Notes: generated by a model from the letters alone, not told the origin. A stretch of 32,657 nucleotides of DNA from Candidatus Hecatellales archaeon (GCA_003661965.1 QMXD01000004.1:1-32657), one strand, 5' to 3'. Positions 1 to 10,559 are shown, numbered from the stretch's first letter. Program-made: numbers and translations.

Positions 1-342
1 AAGAATATATCCACGTTCATCCTGTGGGTGAGCCTGAAACCTAAAAACATTCCCATCATCCAAAAATATTTCTACGATTTGTCTTGCCTGTTCAGGTCCA
101 TCCCCAGAAACTGTTACCTCCCAGCCCGGAACTATTATTACGTCCCTAAAATGTTTTGATGCGATTTTTGAGGCTTTAAACCCATACTCCCTATTTTCAT
201 GTTCTGTTATGGCTATTCCGTCTATTCCGCTTCTACGGATAGCCTTAACTATTCTTTCAACAGTCTCTATTGTTGGCTCTGGAAAACCCATAGTCTCAAA
301 AGGGTGGGTATGTAGGTCGAGTTTAAGAGTTTTATTCCACAT
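1..342 (-). CDS. PHP-domain (polymerase/histidinol phosphatase) metal-dependent phosphoesterase, truncated by the window edge
   Basis: Manual translation from ATG at 342: MWNKTLKLDLHTHPFE...GIDGIAITEHEN...IVPGWEV...FQAHP. These are the DLHTH, AITxH, PGxE and AHP motifs of PHP proteins. Not in the ORF track. Confidence 0.85.
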   Translation of the reverse strand, partial: MWNKTLKLDLHTHPFETMGFPEPTIETVERIVKAIRRSGIDGIAITEHENREYGFKASKIASKHFRDVIIVPGWEVTVSGDGPEQARQIVEIFLDDGNVFRFQAHPQDERGYIL

Positions 343-441
343 TTTTAAACCATTTTTACATTATGTTTAAGAAAGATTTAAGCTATAACATAGGTTGGCT
401 TAAAACAACTGTTTAACAATAAAGCTTTTGGTGGAGACTAC

Positions 442-1164
442 TTGTCAAGGATAAAAAAACCTGTAGGTAAGGGGGAGATAAAAGAGGTTGTTTATGGTGA
501 GGAGAGATGGAGACTGCTTAAAAGTTTAAGGTTAAAGGCTTTAAACATAATGGAAGCCCTAGTAAAAGCCGGGTTTAACCCTATTGTTCATGGTAGTATA
601 GCAAGGGGTGATGTTGGAAAAAGAAGCGACATAGATATAGCTGTTTTGGATGTTATTCCATCCTATAAGGTTGAAATAGCCTTAGAAAACTCTGGGTTTA
701 AAATTGTTGATAGGGTTATGATTCAGGCTTCACCAAGACATACTGTTAAAGCCCACATTTACCTTGACGAGTTAACAACAGTAACCTTCCCCCTCATAAA
801 AATGACAAAGATAGAAAGGGAGTTTTATAGGTTTGGTGGTGAATTGAGTTTTGAGGAGTTAAAAGAAAATGTTAGGGTTGCTGGGGTTGATAAGAGGCTT
901 ATGCTTATAGAACCTACAACCTATGGACATATAGAATCCTCAATTTTAGGTAGGGAAACAGAGGTTGCGTTAAAACTTAACGTTAGTGTCGAAATCTTAA
1001 GGGAGAGAACCAGAGTCTTGATAAGAAGGGATAATGTTGGAAGAACAGGTGTATATTTAAAGTATAGGTTAAGGGATGAGGAAGTTTTTGAGGAGGCTTT
1101 AAAAGAAAACGCTTCAAAGGATCCTGCCTTACGTAGGATGCTTATTCAACGTGGCTTTTTATAG
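442..1164 (+). CDS. Archaeal nucleotidyltransferase (Pol beta-superfamily, COG2413-like)
   Basis: HGSIARGDVGKRSDIDI matches the GSxARG...SDxD NTase signature; conserved GVDKRL and GRTGV segments. Confidence 0.85.
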   Translation: MSRIKKPVGKGEIKEVVYGEERWRLLKSLRLKALNIMEALVKAGFNPIVHGSIARGDVGKRSDIDIAVLDVIPSYKVEIALENSGFKIVDRVMIQASPRHTVKAHIYLDELTTVTFPLIKMTKIEREFYRFGGELSFEELKENVRVAGVDKRLMLIEPTTYGHIESSILGRETEVALKLNVSVEILRERTRVLIRRDNVGRTGVYLKYRLRDEEVFEEALKENASKDPALRRMLIQRGFL

Positions 1165-1213
1165 GTAAACCTAAGAAAACTAGATTAAGCCTTAAAACAT
1201 AATCCTCATAAAG

Positions 1214-1570
1214 ATGCAGAGGCTAAAATGTTGCCGTTCATGTGTTTACTGGGATTTTGCATCAAAAAAGGTTCCTGTGGATGTTAGGAAAAAGCCTTTA
1301 AAAAACGAGTTTTTAGAGGTTTCTTTTGAAAATCATTCGGTTAAAATTCCAGCTTGGGAGTGGAAAACCGTTAAACCCATAAAACTAAGTGAAATTTTGC
1401 GTAGAAGGGTATGTTTTTATGGGAAGGGGGTTGTTGAGCCTTGGGATGAATGTGAAAACTATAAGCCAAAATTTGAGGATGGAAGGGTTGCATGTCAACT
1501 AGAAAACGTTGGATGTGAGTATTCGGATGTATGCCCAAAAAACCCCTCAAGAAAAAGATACACAGTATAG
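1214..1570 (+). CDS. Hypothetical Cys-rich, probably metal-binding protein
   Basis: 118-aa ORF with ATG start, N-terminal CCxxC and several later Cys; no family recognised. Confidence 0.55.
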   Translation: MQRLKCCRSCVYWDFASKKVPVDVRKKPLKNEFLEVSFENHSVKIPAWEWKTVKPIKLSEILRRRVCFYGKGVVEPWDECENYKPKFEDGRVACQLENVGCEYSDVCPKNPSRKRYTV

Positions 1571-1573
1571 GGT

Positions 1574-1632
1574 TTAGTCAGCCTGGTGTAGGCTAATCAT
1601 CACTCATAACGTGCAATTTTCATCATCCCCAA
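1574..1632 (-). ncRNA. C/D box guide sRNA (candidate)
   Basis: Minus strand reads box C ATGATGA (1626-1620), 12-nt guide, D' variant ATGA, C' GTGATGA, 15-nt guide, box D CTGA (1581-1578). Intergenic and about 60 nt, the usual archaeal layout. Confidence 0.75.
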
Positions 1633-1752
1633 CCGTTTATATTCTCTTGTTGTTTGAAAACCTTTACCTTAACAATATATAACCCGAAAAGCTAAAACCC
1701 ATGGAAATGTAGAATAATGTGATACTGTTGGTGTTTAAGGTGTATGGGTTAG

Positions 1753-3321
1753 ATGATTGAGGAAAAAGAAAAACTGCTTCTTGTAGGCTTAATTGTTTTA
1801 GCCTTAATTGGAGGAGTTTTTGTCGGAATCTTTATTCAAGGAGTTTTTACACCTAAACCAAAACCTATAACCCCATGTGTAGGAATAATCGACATCTACG
1901 GTCCCATAGTTTCAGTTGGGGAAAGAGACTACATACTTAGGATGGTGGATTACACGTTAAAAAACGACACGATAAAGGCTGTTGTGTTAAAAATTGATAC
2001 ACCAGGAGGCTACGTGGATTTTGTTCAAGACATTTATCTCAGCCTTCTAAAGCTTAGAAACAAAAAACCGTTGGTTGCATCTGTCTCTTTTGGACCTTCA
2101 GGAGGATACTATATTGCTGTGGCTGCAAACCATGTTTATGTTACACCTCAAGCAATAGTTGGAAACATTGGGGTTATAGGTTTTCTTCCACCAAAACCAA
2201 GCCCCCGCGAAAACATTGTTGAAACCGGACCGTATAAGCTTACAGGTTTCCCTGTTAAAGAATACCCGTTTATGGTTAAGGAAGCCTTAAACACCTTTCT
2301 GGATACAGTTGAAAAGGAGAGGGGAGTAAAGCTAAAAATAGGTAGAACTGAACTTTCAAAAGCTTTACTTTATTTTGGTTATGAGGCTGTAAAGTATGGT
2401 TTGGCTGATGGTTTAGGTTCAACTGTGGATGCTGTTGAAAAGGCTGCTAAACTAGCAAACCTTACAACCTATGAGGTTGTGGATGTTAGCAGCATTATTA
2501 AGCCTCCAACAGAAAAACATAAGGTTTCAAGTATAGCTGACCTTAAAAACCTACATACACCACCAGCACTCTACTACATCTATATACCCTCCTCAGCTAA
2601 AACCTCTAAAGGTGAAGAGGCTTTTAATATAGGGAAAGCTTCTAGCCTAAACATAACAGGAAAAACTATTCTTGTTGACCTTTCACATGGAAACGCCTTT
2701 AAACCCTACGAGTTAAACATTCTTACCTCTGAAATTGTTTCTAGAGGTTTTAATGTTCAGTATGTGTATAGCTTTGAAAATATGTCTAGCTGGGAGAATG
2801 TTTCAGCCCTTGTAATAATTTCACCAACAAAAAAGTTTACCTTTAAAGAGGTTAATCTAACAAGGGTTTTTGTTAGGGGTGGAGGAAAGCTTCTCTTATT
2901 TTTTGAGCCTACAAGAACAACCACAAGTGAAATAAACATGATTGCAAACGTTTTTGGCTTAGTTTTTTCTAACGGCTACCTATACAACCTAAAAGAAAAC
3001 TATGGAAACTACCGAAACATAATCATAAAAAACTTTGCACCAGTAAATCTGACAAAAGGCTTAAGGGAAGTTGTCTTTTTCACAACAACCTATATTTGTG
3101 GGGGAGAAAAGGTTTGTTGGACATCAAACAACACCTATTCTTCTGAAAGTGGTTATGCCAACGTATATCCACCAATAGCCTTAGCCTATAAAGGGAGAGT
3201 CTTAGCTATAGGAGACCAAACATTCCTAACCGAGCCTTACTGTTACATTAAAGACAATTATAGGCTCATAAAAAATGTTGCCGCATTTTTAACCTCAAAC
3301 CAAACAAAAATCCTTCACTAG
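1753..3321 (+). CDS. S49 (SppA-like) peptidase fused to a C-terminal GldG/DUF4350-type class I glutamine-amidotransferase-like domain
   Basis: N-terminal TM helix; IDTPGG, SGGYYIA, GNIGV and GPYK S49 motifs; C-terminal half has ILVDLSHGN, FVRGGGKLLL and GRVLAIGD, typical of GldG/DUF4350 domains. Confidence 0.75.
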   Translation: MIEEKEKLLLVGLIVLALIGGVFVGIFIQGVFTPKPKPITPCVGIIDIYGPIVSVGERDYILRMVDYTLKNDTIKAVVLKIDTPGGYVDFVQDIYLSLLKLRNKKPLVASVSFGPSGGYYIAVAANHVYVTPQAIVGNIGVIGFLPPKPSPRENIVETGPYKLTGFPVKEYPFMVKEALNTFLDTVEKERGVKLKIGRTELSKALLYFGYEAVKYGLADGLGSTVDAVEKAAKLANLTTYEVVDVSSIIKPPTEKHKVSSIADLKNLHTPPALYYIYIPSSAKTSKGEEAFNIGKASSLNITGKTILVDLSHGNAFKPYELNILTSEIVSRGFNVQYVYSFENMSSWENVSALVIISPTKKFTFKEVNLTRVFVRGGGKLLLFFEPTRTTTSEINMIANVFGLVFSNGYLYNLKENYGNYRNIIIKNFAPVNLTKGLREVVFFTTTYICGGEKVCWTSNNTYSSESGYANVYPPIALAYKGRVLAIGDQTFLTEPYCYIKDNYRLIKNVAAFLTSNQTKILH

Positions 3322-3789
3322 CTAAAACTGTTTAATTATGGCGTTTTTATCTAGTATGGTTCCACAGTAGTAGCATCTTAAAAGAATAGGGTCTTTACTT
3401 TTAACATGAAAAACTGGTTTAACTGGTTCTGGGCTGTTGGTTATACATGATGGGTTTGTGCATTTAATTATGTCTTTAACGATGTCTGGAAGTTTAACCT
3501 TCTCTTTTTTTACAACATTAAAATCTCTTATTATATTTATGGTTGCTTTTGGTGCGACTAAGGCTATTTCAGCAACCTCTTTTGGGCTTATCTCTCTACC
3601 CTCAATTTTTACTATATCTTTTTTGCCAAGCTTTTTGCTTGGAACATTCATAATCACACTAACAATAAACCCTTCATGTCCAGTAATGTTAAGGATTCTT
3701 AAAACAGCTAAGGCTGTTCCACCTGTTATATGGTCTATTACTGTTCCCTCACGAATTTTTTCTACACGAAGCTTCCTATAAGCTTTCAA
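3322..3789 (-). CDS. pyrI: Aspartate carbamoyltransferase regulatory subunit
   Basis: [15 protein letters not shown], and Zn motifs CTNPSCIT and CYYC. Confidence 0.97.
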   Translation of the reverse strand: MKAYRKLRVEKIREGTVIDHITGGTALAVLRILNITGHEGFIVSVIMNVPSKKLGKKDIVKIEGREISPKEVAEIALVAPKATINIIRDFNVVKKEKVKLPDIVKDIIKCTNPSCITNSPEPVKPVFHVKSKDPILLRCYYCGTILDKNAIIKQF

Positions 3790-3856
3790 CTACCATCAAA
3801 CATATTTAGCTTCAAACAAAAATTTAAAATGTGACGGATAAGGGGAGCACACCTAA

Positions 3857-4774
<918 letters not shown>

Positions 4775-4862
4775 ACATAATAAAATTTAAAAGCATTAAC
4801 TTTCTCATTCTGCATTTACAACAAACCTAAAACACTCTAGACAACTGGTTTGGGGTTTCTTG

Positions 4863-5533
4863 TTGGAGAGTGTGGTTACAGGCTTTAAGGTTTTAGATGA
4901 AAAGCTAAGCGGATTTTTTGGACGTGGAAAAAACATACTTGTTTTTGGTCCCCCAATGTCAGGTAAAAAGTTTTTTCAAAAACCTTTGTTTATAGGGGGC
5001 TTTTAAACGGTGAGGCATGTATATTCACATGCACAAACAACACTGCTGAAGGTGAAAGTAGACAGTTTACCGAGTTTGGATATAGGGTTGGAGAGTTTGA
5101 GGAGGAAGGGTTTCTTGTCTATGTTGATTTTTACTCAAAAACTGTTGGTTTAAAGTGTGAGGAGAAAAAACATGTTAGATATGTTTCAAGTATGATGGAT
5201 TTAACAGGCTATAATGTTGCTGTTAGAGATTTAACAGCCAAGTTTTGGAGGGAAGAAAAACCTGTTAGACTTGTTTTTGACTCTGTTACACCGTTACTTC
5301 TCTATAATGAGCCTAGAACCGTTATGCGTTTTTTACATATTCTTTTTGGTAGGCTTAAAAGTCTTAACATTATAAGCCTCTTCCTTATCGAGGAGGGTAT
5401 GCATAGCCGAGAAACCATGGTAACACTTACAAGCATGATTGATGGCATTATAGAAACAAAAAACGAAAACGGAAAAAACTGGGTTAGGTTAAAATCAGAA
5501 GCTTTAAGTGGCGACTGGATACCTTTAACCTAG
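4863..5533 (+). pseudogene. KaiC/RAD55-like RecA-superfamily ATPase, frameshifted near 4965-4980
   Basis: TTG at 4863 gives MESVVTGFKVLDEKLSGFFGRGKNILVFGPPMSGKK, then a stop at 5004-5006. Adding one base in the A5/T6 runs joins it to the 5192-5533 frame (RLVFDS, IDGIIE), giving about 223 aa. Confidence 0.75.
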
Positions 5534-6096
5534 CCACCTTTTTTTAGGTTTAAGTATAAACATGCAATAGTTGTCACCTTTAGCTATACACTTAACCTCT
5601 TTACCAACAAAATCTTTCCCTAGAATCATGCTTAGGTTTCCAGCAAGAGCCCCACGTGTAATATGACATGAAGGCTCATTCTGTTTCCCAAAATGTTCTA
5701 AAATGCTTTCAGCCTCAAAATTGTTTAAAAGTATCACTTTAACCTCCTCCTCAGAAAAACTTTCAACATACCCTAAAAACGTCCAAGATACCAGCATCCA
5801 GCAAACACATAGTTAACAATCTCCTCTTTAGGTATACCAAGAGATAGATACCTTTTTACAGCATCCCTTCCACACCTATAACCAAAATTGTAAAGAAAAG
5901 TCTTTATTACAGGACCTAAACCTCTAACAACCTCTATTAGGCTTGCAGGCCAATATCTGCTAGACATAAGCACACATCTTTCACCAAAACGTATAATTTT
6001 TCCATCCTTGTCGACAATGGGAGGTTCAGCCGTGATTTTTTCTAGAAGCTTTTTGTAGAAGTTTACTAGCTCATCCTTATCCTTTAAAACATCCAA
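5525..6096 (-). pseudogene. V4R-domain protein, frameshifted near 5775-5797
   Basis: SD GGAGGTG (6109-6103) precedes TTG at 6096. The C-terminal ORF has the V4R motif C...RG.LAG...EVKCIAKGDNYC. One extra T in CGT-TTT-TAG joins the two halves, giving about 190 aa. Confidence 0.7.
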
Positions 6097-6112
6097 AAAA
6101 GCCACCTCCAAC

Positions 6113-6489
6113 CTATGAACCCAAAATTTTTTGATTTTTTCAACCGCCTTTTTCATTTCTAGGAGGATTAAACCCAAGGTTGCTTTTGAGTCTGACATAG
6201 CAACAAGAAGAGCTTTTTCTCCAGCACCTGTTGTAATTATTTTTGCTTGGGTTCCCTCAACAATAACTCTTTCAGTTATACCTTTTTTTAGCTCTGAGAA
6301 GGCTGTTTCAGCAGCCCCAGTCATTGTGGCTGTCATAGCTGCAAAGGTTTCAGCATCAACATCTTCAGGCATCATACTGGCTATAAGTAAACCGTCTCTT
6401 GAAACTATAGCTGAGGCGTAAACACCTGAACTACGGTTTAAACCTGATAAAGCCTCTTTTAAAGCCTCTTTTAAGGGTGTTTCATCCAA
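6113..6489 (-). CDS. Roadblock/LC7 (MglB-like) protein; its 3' end appears frameshifted and reads through into the V4R gene
   Basis: SAIVSRDGLLIAS, FAAM and LGLILLEM roadblock signature. One extra A in the run at 6127-6132 gives ...KIKKILGS-stop at 6113, just ahead of the V4R SD site. Confidence 0.8.
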
Positions 6490-6520
6490 ATTTTACCACC
6501 TACCCACATTTTTTGTTTAC

Positions 6521-7750
6521 TTAAGCCCAAACTGAGTGTAAAGAAATAATTCTTATCCAAAAACGGTTTTCACCCCAAACACCAAAAATTTGTTTAAGAA
6601 GTATTTCAAGACCCTCAAAAATCCCCTTTTTCTTTGTGGCTATTGTGCCAACTATGGGTATGTTTTCAGGAAGCCTCATTCTTCTACGAATTTCTTCGAT
6701 TGGTAGGGCTTCAGCTAAATCTTGCTTGTTGGCAAAAACAACTAGGGGTAACCCGTAAACTCTAGCCTTTCTTAACATTTCTAGGGCTCTTGGGAAGCTT
6801 TCAGGTTTGGTGCTGTCAACAACCAGTATAACACCAACAGATTCACCTCCAAGCATTTCTAAAACAGGGTCAAACCTTTGCTGACCTATAGTCCCAAAAA
6901 GGTCTGCTGAAAATCCTTTATATTCAAGATGCCCAAAATCTAGGGCTATGGTTGTTGATTCTCTTTCAACACTTACAGCTCTAACAGATAAACCATGAAC
7001 AACCGTGGTTTTACCTGCATTATAGGGTCCTGTAACAAGAATTTTTGGTATGTAAACTTTTAAGCCTCCAGGTTTAACAAGCTTAAACGGTATGGGTGGT
7101 CTTTTAACCTCTCTACCAGCAATTTTTCTAGCCGTATAGATTTCTGTTGTGATTATGCTTCTTTCTAAGGCTTTTACATCAATTATGTTGTCACAGATTT
7201 CGCTAAGTCTTTGTTTTAAGGTTAAGTCATAATCCCAGTCTGTAAAAAGGTAGATTGGTGAAAAACTGTAAACCAAGCTCATCCTATTCCATAAAGCCAA
7301 CTCATCCAAAATTTTTAACCCAAAATAGTCTACAAGTGTTGACAGTGAATCTATGACTAAAAGTTTGTTAGGCTTTTTAATTTCTTTAACAACCCTAAGG
7401 ATTAGGCTGCTAATTTCTTCTAGGTTTGACTGGTCTGAGACGAAGTAGGGTTCACTGCTTTTTATACCCATAGCTGAGGAATACGAGTCTATAAGGATTA
7501 GATTTTTGTTTTCATGGTAGGATTGAACATCCCAACCATACCTACCAAAATCTTCAATAACAATATCAACTCTTTTATTGTTTACAAAATAGGCAACCAA
7601 ACCACCGTTTTTAAGCCACCTATAACAAATCTGGTAGGCTAAAACAGAACAGTCAACAAGAGGGTTACACCAGATAACTGTGCTTAACCCAACCTTTAAA
7701 CCATCCCTAAAAAACTCGTTTAAAACAGGAAAACCAGAAAGCTCACCCAA
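6521..7750 (-). CDS. Fusion of an inactivated KaiC/RecA-like domain and an MglA/COG2229-like small GTPase
   Basis: N-terminal domain has a degenerate Walker A (WCNPLVDCS) but keeps LLVIDSLS. C-terminal domain has GPYNAGKTT, TTIALDFG, GTIGQQRF and NKQD. Confidence 0.85.
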   Translation of the reverse strand: MGELSGFPVLNEFFRDGLKVGLSTVIWCNPLVDCSVLAYQICYRWLKNGGLVAYFVNNKRVDIVIEDFGRYGWDVQSYHENKNLILIDSYSSAMGIKSSEPYFVSDQSNLEEISSLILRVVKEIKKPNKLLVIDSLSTLVDYFGLKILDELALWNRMSLVYSFSPIYLFTDWDYDLTLKQRLSEICDNIIDVKALERSIITTEIYTARKIAGREVKRPPIPFKLVKPGGLKVYIPKILVTGPYNAGKTTVVHGLSVRAVSVERESTTIALDFGHLEYKGFSADLFGTIGQQRFDPVLEMLGGESVGVILVVDSTKPESFPRALEMLRKARVYGLPLVVFANKQDLAEALPIEEIRRRMRLPENIPIVGTIATKKKGIFEGLEILLKQIFGVWGENRFWIRIISLHSVWA

Positions 7751-7766
7751 AACCCTACACCCAAAA

Positions 7767-8488
7767 CTAAACAGAAATTATTATTCCTCTTCTAGGCTGA
7801 ATTATGAAGGGGAAAACACCCATACTATGGTTTACACCCCTCATTTTTCTGATGTAAAGCTCTCTCCTAAAACCAGTTTCAACCATTTGAAGTCTAAGAA
7901 CAATAATACCTGAAGCCAAAAACTCTTCAACACCATAACGGCTAAGCTTTTTTGTTCCTGTTGGAATTTCTGAGGTGCCTATGGTTGTTATGTTAAGCTC
8001 TTCTAGGGCTTGAAAAAGTCTTCTAAGATAGTTTCTAATATACATTTGGGCGTCAAGACTTGTTAAAGGCTCATCAGACCTAGCAACTAGGGGGGCTATA
8101 GGGTCTATAGCAAGCCTTTTAGCCTCAACCTCATCAATATAACCCTTTAACCCTTTAGATTGTCAACGATTTGAACAGAATCAACCTTTTTAATATCTGA
8201 AAAATATGGGGAAAGCTCAACCATAAGCAACCTATTTTCATCGATAAGCTTTTCAAGGTCCCAGCCTAAGGTTAAAGCATCCTCTACAACTCTTTCAGGT
8301 TTTTCGTCTATGGTTACATAGATACCGTTGTCACCATAGCTAACCCCATAATAAAGGTATTGGAGGGCGAAGGTTGTTTTACCTGTTCCAGTTTCACCTG
8401 CAACAAGGTAAACTCTTCCTTTTGGGAAGCCTCCCTCAATAAAGTTGTCCAACCCTTCGATTCCAGTTTTAACTTTAAGGTTTTCCAA
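7767..8488 (-). pseudogene. Single-domain KaiC-like ATPase (COG0467) interrupted by an 8-bp tandem duplication
   Basis: TGIEGLD...GGFP, GETGTGKT and RKMRG motifs are split over two ORFs. Removing one TAAAGGGT copy restores ...DNLKGYIDEVEAKRLAIDP... and a 237-aa ORF. Confidence 0.85.
8142..8157. repeat. Exact 8-bp tandem duplication (ACCCTTTA x2)
   Basis: Read directly at 8142-8149 and 8150-8157; creates the premature TAA in the kaiC-like gene. Confidence 0.9.
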
Positions 8489-8541
8489 GGGTTTTCCCTT
8501 TTTTTTATGAAAAATTTGGGTGGTTGGAGGGTATTTGAGGA

Positions 8542-9690
8542 TTATTCTTTTTTTAGAAGAATTTTTCCGATGGATGGTCCTATAAGCACGGAAAAAAGTG
8601 AGAAGAGGACGAATATGGAGTAAAAGGTTTCGTTTAGGATTCCGATGTTTCTCCCTATTTCAACCCCAGCCAATATTAGGCTTAGTCTTGCTGTTTTAAT
8701 AAAGCCTAGCGAGAAGCTTTCTTTAAACGTTAGGTTAAAAATTCTTGAAACCAATCCTACACCAAAAACCTTCCCAAAAATTCCAACAAGTAAAACTAGG
8801 AGGAAAATTAGAATGTTTTCTATGTTTTTAACAAGGGCTACTAGGTTTGTGTTTACACCAACCATGATAAAAAAGAATGGGATAAAAAAGCCGTAACCGA
8901 AGCTTGTAAGGTTTCTTTCAAGTAGGCTTCCCCTCCAAGTAATCACGGAAACGATTAAACCAGCAACAAAAGCACCAATTATGGCATGGAAACCTATAAT
9001 TTCTGCTAGTAGGGCTAGGATGGCTATAAGTGCAAAACAAAACCTAACCTCAAAATAAAAGTATGGGTTTGAGCCACAACACATCCTAACCTTTTGACCA
9101 ATCTTAAACCTGCCAAAAAAGAAGGGTAGCATAAATAGGGCTACCACATAAAAAACTGAGAAGATGAATAGGTAGTTTAGGGTTTTAAGGAAAACCTCCA
9201 CAGAAACCGTTAAAAGAAACATGCTAACAATATCAACAATCACCGTGGAGCGAAGCAACAAAAAAACAAATTCCTCCCTTTGTTTAAGTTCTCTGGTTAA
9301 GGGTAAAACAACACCAAGCGAGGTTGTTGAAAATATTGTTCCCATAAAAAAGGGGTTTACACCAAGATATTCCCCCAAAAACAATCCTAGGGTGAAGGGT
9401 ATAAGTAGGGAGGCTAAAGCTATAGAAAACACTGGTGTAAACCTTTTTCTTATCTCCCCAAACTCAACCTCTAAACCAGCCAAAAAAAGCAGGTATATCA
9501 AGCCAAAATAGGAGAAAAAGTCAAGCCAAGGGTTTGGAGTTATCATGTTAAGAAAAGATTTTCCAAGGATAATTCCTATGGCAATTTCAACAACAACAAG
9601 CGGAACCCCAACCTTATAAGAAAAAACTGGTGCTAAAAGTATTGCAAAAAGAATTATAGCCAAAGACAGGATTGTTGAAGAAACCTCCAA
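8542..9690 (-). CDS. Cation:proton antiporter (CPA2/KefB-like, membrane domain only)
   Basis: Multi-TM protein with LLFLAGLE, TTSLGVV, IGAFVAG and FFIPFFF motifs. Confidence 0.9.
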   Translation of the reverse strand: MEVSSTILSLAIILFAILLAPVFSYKVGVPLVVVEIAIGIILGKSFLNMITPNPWLDFFSYFGLIYLLFLAGLEVEFGEIRKRFTPVFSIALASLLIPFTLGLFLGEYLGVNPFFMGTIFSTTSLGVVLPLTRELKQREEFVFLLLRSTVIVDIVSMFLLTVSVEVFLKTLNYLFIFSVFYVVALFMLPFFFGRFKIGQKVRMCCGSNPYFYFEVRFCFALIAILALLAEIIGFHAIIGAFVAGLIVSVITWRGSLLERNLTSFGYGFFIPFFFIMVGVNTNLVALVKNIENILIFLLVLLVGIFGKVFGVGLVSRIFNLTFKESFSLGFIKTARLSLILAGVEIGRNIGILNETFYSIFVLFSLFSVLIGPSIGKILLKKE

Positions 9691-9760
9691 GACAAACCCA
9701 CTTAAACAAACCTATAAAAATTTAGGGTATCAAGAGACATTTTTTCTTTTCGAATTTTTA

Positions 9761-9788
9761 GTGCATTACACTGCATTACAGTGCATTA
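9761..9788. repeat. 10-bp-period tandem repeat (SYGCATTACA-like x3), copy 1
   Basis: GTGCATTACA CTGCATTACA GTGCATTA, in the divergent intergenic region. Confidence 0.8.
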
Positions 9789-9917
9789 TCTCTTCTAAAA
9801 ACGGCTTTTACAATCTGGAGGTAGGCTTCTGTTTTGCTGTTTTTCTATTTGTTTTTATGTAAACTAGGAATGTCTTTATCAGCATCTTTTTCCTTTTTAC
9901 TTTTGGTGTGGGTGGGT

Positions 9918-10559
9918 ATGTCTGGGGAGCGTGTTCCCTCTGACTATGCTAGGATGGGTTTTGTGGAGGCGGAGCTGTTTGATAAGAAGGTTAAAGAACA
10001 TTTTATGCCTGCAATTATTTCTATGGTTAAACAAATCATAGAGGATTATGATTTGCAGGGTGTATGTGTGGATGTTGGTTGTGGGACTGCTGTTTTTGCG
10101 GTTGAGTTATGTAGACATTCTAACCTAACCATATATGCTTTGGAAAGGGAGGAAGCCATATGTAAGGTTGCATATGTAAACATTAAAAGGGAGGGGTTAA
10201 AGGATAGGATAATCCCTGTTTTGGGTGATGCACATAAAATGCCTTTTAAAGATGAGTTTGCCGATTTTGTTATTAGCAGAGGCTCATACCATTGTTGGGA
10301 GGATAAGGTACTCGTGTTTAAAGAGGTTTATAGGGTGTTAAAGAGGGGTGGTATCGCTCTTGTTGGTGGTGGGTTTGGACGATATGTGACCGAGGAAGAA
10401 TTAAAAAGAATGAAACTTTTAAGGGATCTTTCTCTAGGGGAGAATGCAAAAGCCTATAGTTCACCAGACAAATTAAGAGAGGTTGTATACAGGGCAGGTA
10501 TACCTAACTTCCGTATAATTTATGATCCAGTAGGTCTTTGGGCAGAAATAAAGAAGTAG
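9918..10559 (+). CDS. Class I SAM-dependent methyltransferase (Methyltransf_11-like)
   Basis: VDVGCGTA, GDAHKMPF and RVLKRGG motifs. Probable start is ATG at 9918 after GGTGGG, rather than 9834. Confidence 0.9.
   Translation: MSGERVPSDYARMGFVEAELFDKKVKEHFMPAIISMVKQIIEDYDLQGVCVDVGCGTAVFAVELCRHSNLTIYALEREEAICKVAYVNIKREGLKDRIIPVLGDAHKMPFKDEFADFVISRGSYHCWEDKVLVFKEVYRVLKRGGIALVGGGFGRYVTEEELKRMKLLRDLSLGENAKAYSSPDKLREVVYRAGIPNFRIIYDPVGLWAEIKK

Noticed and set aside
5773-6489. Novel roadblock-V4R fusion protein
   Set aside because: Better explained by a 1-nt deletion; an internal SD and start codon indicate two genes.
4960-8160. BHB introns explaining the breaks in the KaiC cluster
   Set aside because: The lesions are 1-nt deletions or an 8-bp duplication, with no intervening hairpin.
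9761-9788. CRISPR array
   Set aside because: 10-bp contiguous units, no spacers and no cas genes.
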